Assembly: GCA_963803145.1 (NCBI GenBank)
Contig: CAWDLW010000021.1
Span: forward strand, 1 to 23,376
Source of the DNA: Methanotrichaceae archaeon
GTDB lineage: Archaea; Halobacteriota; Methanosarcinia; Methanotrichales; Methanotrichaceae
Direction: 5' to 3'
Length of the DNA stretch: 23,376 bases
A program made the translations under genes and the position numbers. Of this stretch, positions 18,703 through 23,376 are shown one piece after another (the stretch's first letter is position 1; each line of letters starts with the position of its first letter). Under the pieces are notes generated by a model. That model was given only the letters and a program-made list of their open reading frames with translations, was not told the origin of the DNA and made no database searches.

Positions 18703-18918
18703 TCATTCGTCACACATGTAAAAGACAAATATCGCCTCCTCCCATGCATTCTCCATCAGCTTCCCATAGTATTCATCATCGAACCAAGAAGCCACTCATG
18801 CTAAATCCACCTTCCGCCTGTCGGCATCCTTTACTACATAGCTTATTTCCATTCCTGGAGCCGGAGCGATCCCTTATCGGCTGTAAGCCTAAACTGTTGA
18901 AGCATCTGAGCATCTGCT
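18703..18918 (-). pseudogene. C-terminal remnant of a family-B DNA polymerase (PolB2-like)
   Basis: Frame not in the ORF track: SRCSDASTV*AYSR*GIAPAPGMEISYVVKDADRRKVDLA*VASWFDDEYYGKLMENAWEEAIFVF, with the G..I.YVV...D..YY PolB thumb signature and three in-frame stops. Confidence 0.7.
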
Positions 18919-19325
18919 TAACGTTCCTTTGGCATCTCAATAGAGATCGCTGCTTGAGCAGGAGGAGGCCATAAAATAGGATACCATCCATACCATCCAT
19001 GTTTTTCTATACCCTACTTTATACTCTATATCACTTTTCTATCTTAATTCCATTTCTGGACATAATATAGGGGTAGGCAAACCCCTGGATGGGGTGGATG
19101 GTACCGGAGTTCCTGGGTATTTTGCCATCGCTGAAGCAGACGATCTAAATAGAAAGTTAGCAGCGATAGGATAATTCTTCCTCGCCTCCCACAACCCCAA
19201 TCCCCACCTCCCATCTGCCTGCCTTCTCCAGCTCCAATAATTCCCTACCTGCTTGGAAGATCTCAAGATGTAGCTCATTTTAGGCTGGTGGCAGAAGGAT
19301 TTATTGAGTCCTTAAAACCTGAGGA

Positions 19326-19385
19326 GCCTATGTCTCTGCTCCACAGCTCAACACAGCCCTTGTAGTAACAATCGAAGATCCACAT
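19326..19385 (-). pseudogene. N-terminal remnant (about 20 codons) of the same family-B DNA polymerase
   Basis: MWIFDCYYKGCVELWSRDIG after a GAGG RBS matches, from recall, the N-terminus of Methanomicrobia type-B polymerases; same strand and correct order relative to the C-terminal remnant. Confidence 0.6.
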
Positions 19386-19554
19386 ATTTTCCTCATATCC
19401 CATCCCAATCCAATCTCCCCTAAGAGGTCTGGCAGGGCTGAGGGCAAAAATGCCAGAAGTGTGTAGGGGCGAATGTAACCTCATGGGTTCTCTGGTTGCC
19501 GAATACTGATTAGCTAGGCATACTTCTCCAGGACTTCTCCCAACTCTCCTATCC

Positions 19555-19734
19555 TTACAGGCTTTGTATATCATCTTCAGCGAGAAGTAGCTCCATTAAT
19601 CGTTTGCCAACGATACTCATTGTTTTATTGATACCTGTTTCCTCTGCTAGAAACTCGAAGCTAATCTTCTCATTACCGTCTCTTGACCTGAATACACGCT
19701 CAGCAGGATCTATTGGAAAAGTGATATCCGAAAT
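19555..19734 (-). CDS. Small hypothetical protein, possible ATT start
   Basis: GAGGTG RBS 5 nt before an in-frame ATT, with an AT-rich TATA-like region upstream; the ORF-track start at 19806 would overlap this promoter-like region. Confidence 0.35.
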   Translation of the reverse strand: MSDITFPIDPAERVFRSRDGNEKISFEFLAEETGINKTMSIVGKRLMELLLAEDDIQSL

Positions 19735-19858
19735 GATAACACCTCTTATTGCATGGGTTTTATCATAATTAATTATATAGCATGGCAGAGAACTTGGAGA
19801 CTGCACGGGAGCCGTTCAGGTCAATATTTTATAAGTTGGGAAAGGATAAGACTTTGTC

Positions 19859-20389
19859 ATGAGGCCGATCACTCTTTACATCGCCAGCAGCTTAGATGGC
19901 TTTATCGCCAGAAAAGATGGGGACATCTCATGGCTGGAGGCATACCAGCAAGAAGGCCAGGATTATGGCTACTCGGAGTTCCTGCGCTCTATAGATATCA
20001 TAGTCATGGGCTCTAAGACCTTTGAGCAAATTCTCAATTTTGGCCCATGGCCCTATGGGGATATCAAGACCTACGTCCTGACCAAAAGAGATCTTCAGAT
20101 ACCTGAGAAAGCCAAGGTCGTCTTAACCATAGAAAGCCTGGAGGAGCTAATTCCCAAGCTTAGAGAGGAAAGCCTAAAGGGCATCTGGCTGGTAGGCGGA
20201 GCTGCAACCGCCAAGAGCTTCCTGAGGCTCAAAGCGGTAGATAGGATAATCTTAGCCATCATACCAAAGCTCCTGGGAGAGGGCATAGCACTCTTTGGGG
20301 ATACAGGATCGGAGTCGTCCATGGTTCTTCAGGAATCAAGGGTTTATGGCGATGGAATTGTACAAATGTATTATGATGTTAAGTGGTAA
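19859..20389 (+). CDS. Dihydrofolate reductase family / RibD C-terminal domain protein
   Basis: IASSLDGFIA..DG.ISWL, MGSKTFE, IWLVGGA, IIPKLLGEGIALF. Confidence 0.93.
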   Translation: MRPITLYIASSLDGFIARKDGDISWLEAYQQEGQDYGYSEFLRSIDIIVMGSKTFEQILNFGPWPYGDIKTYVLTKRDLQIPEKAKVVLTIESLEELIPKLREESLKGIWLVGGAATAKSFLRLKAVDRIILAIIPKLLGEGIALFGDTGSESSMVLQESRVYGDGIVQMYYDVKW

Positions 20390-20469
20390 TTTTATGACTA
20401 ACTCAATATAGGCGTTCCTTTCGGCCAACAACATCCCCTGCAAAAAGTGTTTTCTAAGGCTGTGAGGCT

Positions 20470-21042
20470 TTAGGCATTGATCTTCTTGATTACAAATGCC
20501 ATATTCTGGCCTAAAACCCTCATGGTCATCAATCCTTCTTGATCATTAGCGACATCACCCTCTTGTAGACCAATGCCAAGATTCCAATAAATGGAGCCTG
20601 GGACAATCATTTGGCTGATCAGGAAGAAGTGATTTATCGAATCGAAGACATGAACTGCTCCCGCTCGGCGAGCAACCACTACAGCTGCACCAACTTTACG
20701 CTTGAGTAGATTACCATTCGCTCCACACACAAATCCTGCCCGATCAATAAGGGCTTTTAACTCAGGTGTGAGATCGGCAAAGTAGGTTGGAGAGCCTAAA
20801 AGTATCCCATCGGCTTTAATCATCTTCTCGATACAGCTGTTGATCATATCTGCATCAAATACACACCTTTGGTCTTTGTTTTCGAAACACTTGGTGCAGG
20901 CGATACAACCCCGAAGAGGGCCTTTAAGGTGCACCAATTCAGTCTCTATACCCGCCTTTTGCAGTTCACTTAACACCTCTTTTAGGAGAATGGATGTATT
21001 TCCATCCTTTCTAGGGCTGCCGTTAAACGCTACGACTTTCAT
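20470..21042 (-). CDS. Iron-sulfur flavoprotein / NADPH-dependent FMN reductase (flavodoxin family)
   Basis: [12 protein letters not shown] loop; Cx2Cx2Cx7C ([15 protein letters not shown]); LGSPTYF...KALIDR. Confidence 0.93.
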   Translation of the reverse strand: MKVVAFNGSPRKDGNTSILLKEVLSELQKAGIETELVHLKGPLRGCIACTKCFENKDQRCVFDADMINSCIEKMIKADGILLGSPTYFADLTPELKALIDRAGFVCGANGNLLKRKVGAAVVVARRAGAVHVFDSINHFFLISQMIVPGSIYWNLGIGLQEGDVANDQEGLMTMRVLGQNMAFVIKKINA

Positions 21043-21537
21043 GATTATTTTCTCCCAGATTCACACTTAGAAGATTATTTTGAATTTGTAGTATTTTGCA
21101 CCTATATAGAGATCTCTGCTTGAGCGAGAGGAGAAGTACCCATAAATTAAGGTACCATCCACCCCATCCAGCGATCCCCTCCTTCTGGTTAGACAAATGC
21201 GTCCGCAATTTATGTTAACCAGTGTTTTTTTGGTTAGATTTCCCCCATTTCAGAGTTCATTTTCAAGCATTCTTTATATAATCGAGATGAGATCAGAGCA
21301 CATTTACCTTTCGAAATCAGGTAAAGAAATGAAGGCTTATCATACGAGTAATAATAAAGAAAATATCAATTTCTGTAGTCTCCAAGTTTTTGATTTTGCA
21401 TACAAAATATAAACAATCAGCTGATAAAATAATACTATATTTTATGATGATGGCACGAAATAGTATACAACATTATCTAATTATGTTAAAATTAATTCGG
21501 TTTATAAAGTTGGCGGTTGCAGCTAAAAACTTGGAAA

Positions 21538-21828
21538 CTAAGACCATTTTCCTAATTCAATTCTGTTCAAATTATCAAGGATCCGGGCTGCAGCCACTGG
21601 GCTAAGATCATATTTCTTGCATATAGCCAAAACGCGCAGCAGTTCTGTATTTTCATCAGTTCCTATGAGCTGTGCGACATAAGCTTCAGCTCCCTCATAG
21701 CCATCCTTAAGTAGAGCATTCTTGGTTTCTGCTATTACAGGTGCCGTAATGCAGGTGTTGGCTAGCCCGATGTCTTTGATAGCCTTATCTAGATTTGCCA
21801 AATTCTTTTCCGTGAACAATTCTTCCAT
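21538..21828 (-). CDS. Small helical hypothetical protein, paralog 2
   Basis: About 63/91 identical to 22688..22963 and about 34/80 to 8150..8431; GGAG RBS upstream. Confidence 0.9.
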   Translation of the reverse strand: MEELFTEKNLANLDKAIKDIGLANTCITAPVIAETKNALLKDGYEGAEAYVAQLIGTDENTELLRVLAICKKYDLSPVAAARILDNLNRIELGKWS

Positions 21829-22018
21829 CCCTTATCTCCATTTAACCGCGCTCTTCTGGTTGTGTTTTATTTACCTTTAGATGTTGTCCAAAATTGCTTA
21901 TGCCGGTATTTGGTTGCTGGCAAAGCTTGTTCATCTTTTATGACTAAATCGAACAGATAAATATAGTGCATTGATTATCTAAATCATTTAATGGCTTAAA
22001 ATGCAACTAATCCCATAT

Positions 22019-22535
22019 TTAAATATCATTATAAAGAGCAATAGAGATTGCCGAGACAGGAATTGCTGATTTCTTGATCCATACCGGTATGCCATGGGCA
22101 TTTGCAGTCAGTTTGTAGCCCCTGCGTCGCAAAACAGTCCTGACTGAATCACGATCGACTCCGATTCTCTTGGCGATCCGTCCTATTTCAGACTATCATA
22201 AAACTGTATTTGTCTAGATTCGTACTTTGAAATGTACTCCTCAAGTAAGGCGATCTTTTTTATAAGATTCACATGTTCGCCCTCCCGGCTCTTCCAGATC
22301 TTTCGGCCATGGCCGTTGTTGGTTAATTGGTAGCCAAGTCTCTTCAGTTCCGTTCGTATACAATCAGGGGATATATCGAAATGGTCTGCTATTATTTGCA
22401 CTTCTCGACGATCATAAATACGAGATCTGAATTGGTTGCTGTTCGAGAGATAAATTCCAAGGCCTATTGTGGCTTTATAGGTCTTTTGTGTTTCGAATGC
22501 TCCGTTCCTAACCAAAATTTTTGGCAGCTACTCAT
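22019..22535 (-). pseudogene. Tandem winged-HTH-like two-domain protein with two 1-nt frameshifts (about 22517 and 22193); may be intact in vivo
   Basis: ORF 22183..22515 holds domain 1 (IYDRREVQIIADHFDISPDCIRTELKRLGYQLTNNGHGRKIWK). Frame 22192..22019 holds a homologous domain 2 (SEIGRIAKRIGVDRDSVRTVLRRRGYKLTANAHGIPVWIK). ATG 22535 with a GGGAGAG RBS is 1 nt out of frame across an A5T4 run. Confidence 0.75.
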
Positions 22536-22687
22536 ACTCTCTCCCTACATGCATGAAACTATAATGTGATTATGGGCGATAAGGCATAAAATGCCAACAT
22601 AGTAAGCCCCTCCCCGGAGCATACGCTAAGAAATCTGCGGGTGCGAATACCTTTCCGACGTCGTCCCCACTCTTAATCACTAATTTA

Positions 22688-22963
22688 CTATTCTCCTGAT
22701 TCAATTATATTCAAATTATCAAGGATCTGAGCTGTAGTCTCTAACCCAAGATTATATTTCTTGCATATAGCCAACACGCGTAGCAGTTCTGTATTTTCGT
22801 CAGTTCCTATGAGCTGTGCGACATAAGCTTCAGCTACATCATAGCCATTTTCAAGCAGGACATTCTTGGTTTCCGCGATTACGGGATCTGCTATACAGGT
22901 GTTGGCTTGGCTAATAGCCTTTAAAGCCATATCTAAATTATTCAATTTCATATCTGTCAGCAT
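22688..22963 (-). CDS. Small helical hypothetical protein, paralog 3
   Basis: Shares an identical 27-aa block with paralog 2; ends TAG-TAA where the other paralogs have a terminal Trp. Confidence 0.9.
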   Translation of the reverse strand: MLTDMKLNNLDMALKAISQANTCIADPVIAETKNVLLENGYDVAEAYVAQLIGTDENTELLRVLAICKKYNLGLETTAQILDNLNIIESGE

Positions 22964-23113
22964 TTTTCCCCTACTCTCCCTATAATATCACAATCAACTT
23001 GCTATGCCAGTCACCTTTAGTTATTATCCGATTTTTCTCGATAATACCCAGTTTATTTCCTATTTAATGAACGCTAATATATCTGTTATATATGGTCTTT
23101 ATGACACGTATTG

Positions 23114-23189
23114 TAAAATGTGGAACAAAACGAAAAATGTGGCGCAAAGTGGAAAATATAGCACAAAATGAGAAATGTGATACAAGTAG
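23114..23189. repeat. Four degenerate 19-bp tandem repeats (iteron/operator-like)
   Basis: TAAAATGTGGAACAAAACG / AAAAATGTGGCGCAAAGTG / GAAAATATAGCACAAAATG / AGAAATGTGATACAAGTAG in exact 19-bp register. Confidence 0.75.
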
Positions 23190-23376
23190 TCCGGTAAATA
23201 GCGGATGATGCTAAATATTATATTCATGACTTATTAAACATTGCCAGTGAGAAGTTTCGTACCGCAAAGAACGCTTCTAGGATAGAGCAGATACGGAGTA
23301 GCCAACTACTATTTGAATATAATAAGGAATCAGGTATACAAATATTTGAAATGACTCCTTAATACGTTTCTATTAA

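Noticed and set aside
19039-19574. ORFs 19039..19278 and 19275..19574 as real genes
   Set aside because: They read as chimeras of decayed fragments; only the MWIFD... segment is recognisable.
21197-21605. ORFs 21197..21412 and 21390..21605
   Set aside because: AT-rich intergenic frames with implausible composition; the second overlaps paralog 2 antisense.
22510-22525. Programmed -1 frameshift at the A5T4 run
   Set aside because: No in-frame X XXY YYZ heptamer relative to ATG 22535; a homopolymer indel is simpler.
1151-22569. Short ORFs overlapping confident genes (e.g. 1151..1480, 3794..4072, 6134..6532, 9299..9559, 14640..15077, 15828..16193, 18531..18974, 22327..22569)
   Set aside because: Shadow or alternate-frame ORFs of well-supported genes, with no motifs or RBS.
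23114-23189. CRISPR mini-array
   Set aside because: Units are contiguous 19-mers with no unique spacers; no repeat-spacer array was seen anywhere in the window.

Overview
Archaeal accessory/patchwork region, most consistent with a Methanomicrobia methanogen such as Methanothrix (inferred from gene content, TATA-type promoters, GGAGGTGA-type RBSs and oligo-T terminators). Intact genes: secreted trypsin-like protease, pentapeptide-repeat membrane protein, CcdA/DsbD-like protein, EamA transporter, half-size sulfite/nitrite reductase-like protein, a Ku + ATP-dependent ligase (NHEJ) pair, a 7-repeat SBBP/PKD surface protein, SAM methyltransferase, SulP-STAS transporter, a Cys-rich secreted protein, a transglutaminase-like protein, a RibD_C/DHFR protein and an iron-sulfur flavoprotein. 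Gene remnants lie between them: a frameshifted RDD gene, a TPR fragment and split ends of a family-B DNA polymerase. The most unusual signal is three paralogs of an unannotated ~93-aa helical protein, possibly Cas11/small-subunit-like, with no cas genes or CRISPR array in the window. One is divergent from ku. The other two flank a frameshift-hidden gene with two tandem winged-HTH-like domains, next to a predicted structured intergenic RNA and an upstream 4 x 19-bp phased repeat array. All family calls are by eye, without database searches.
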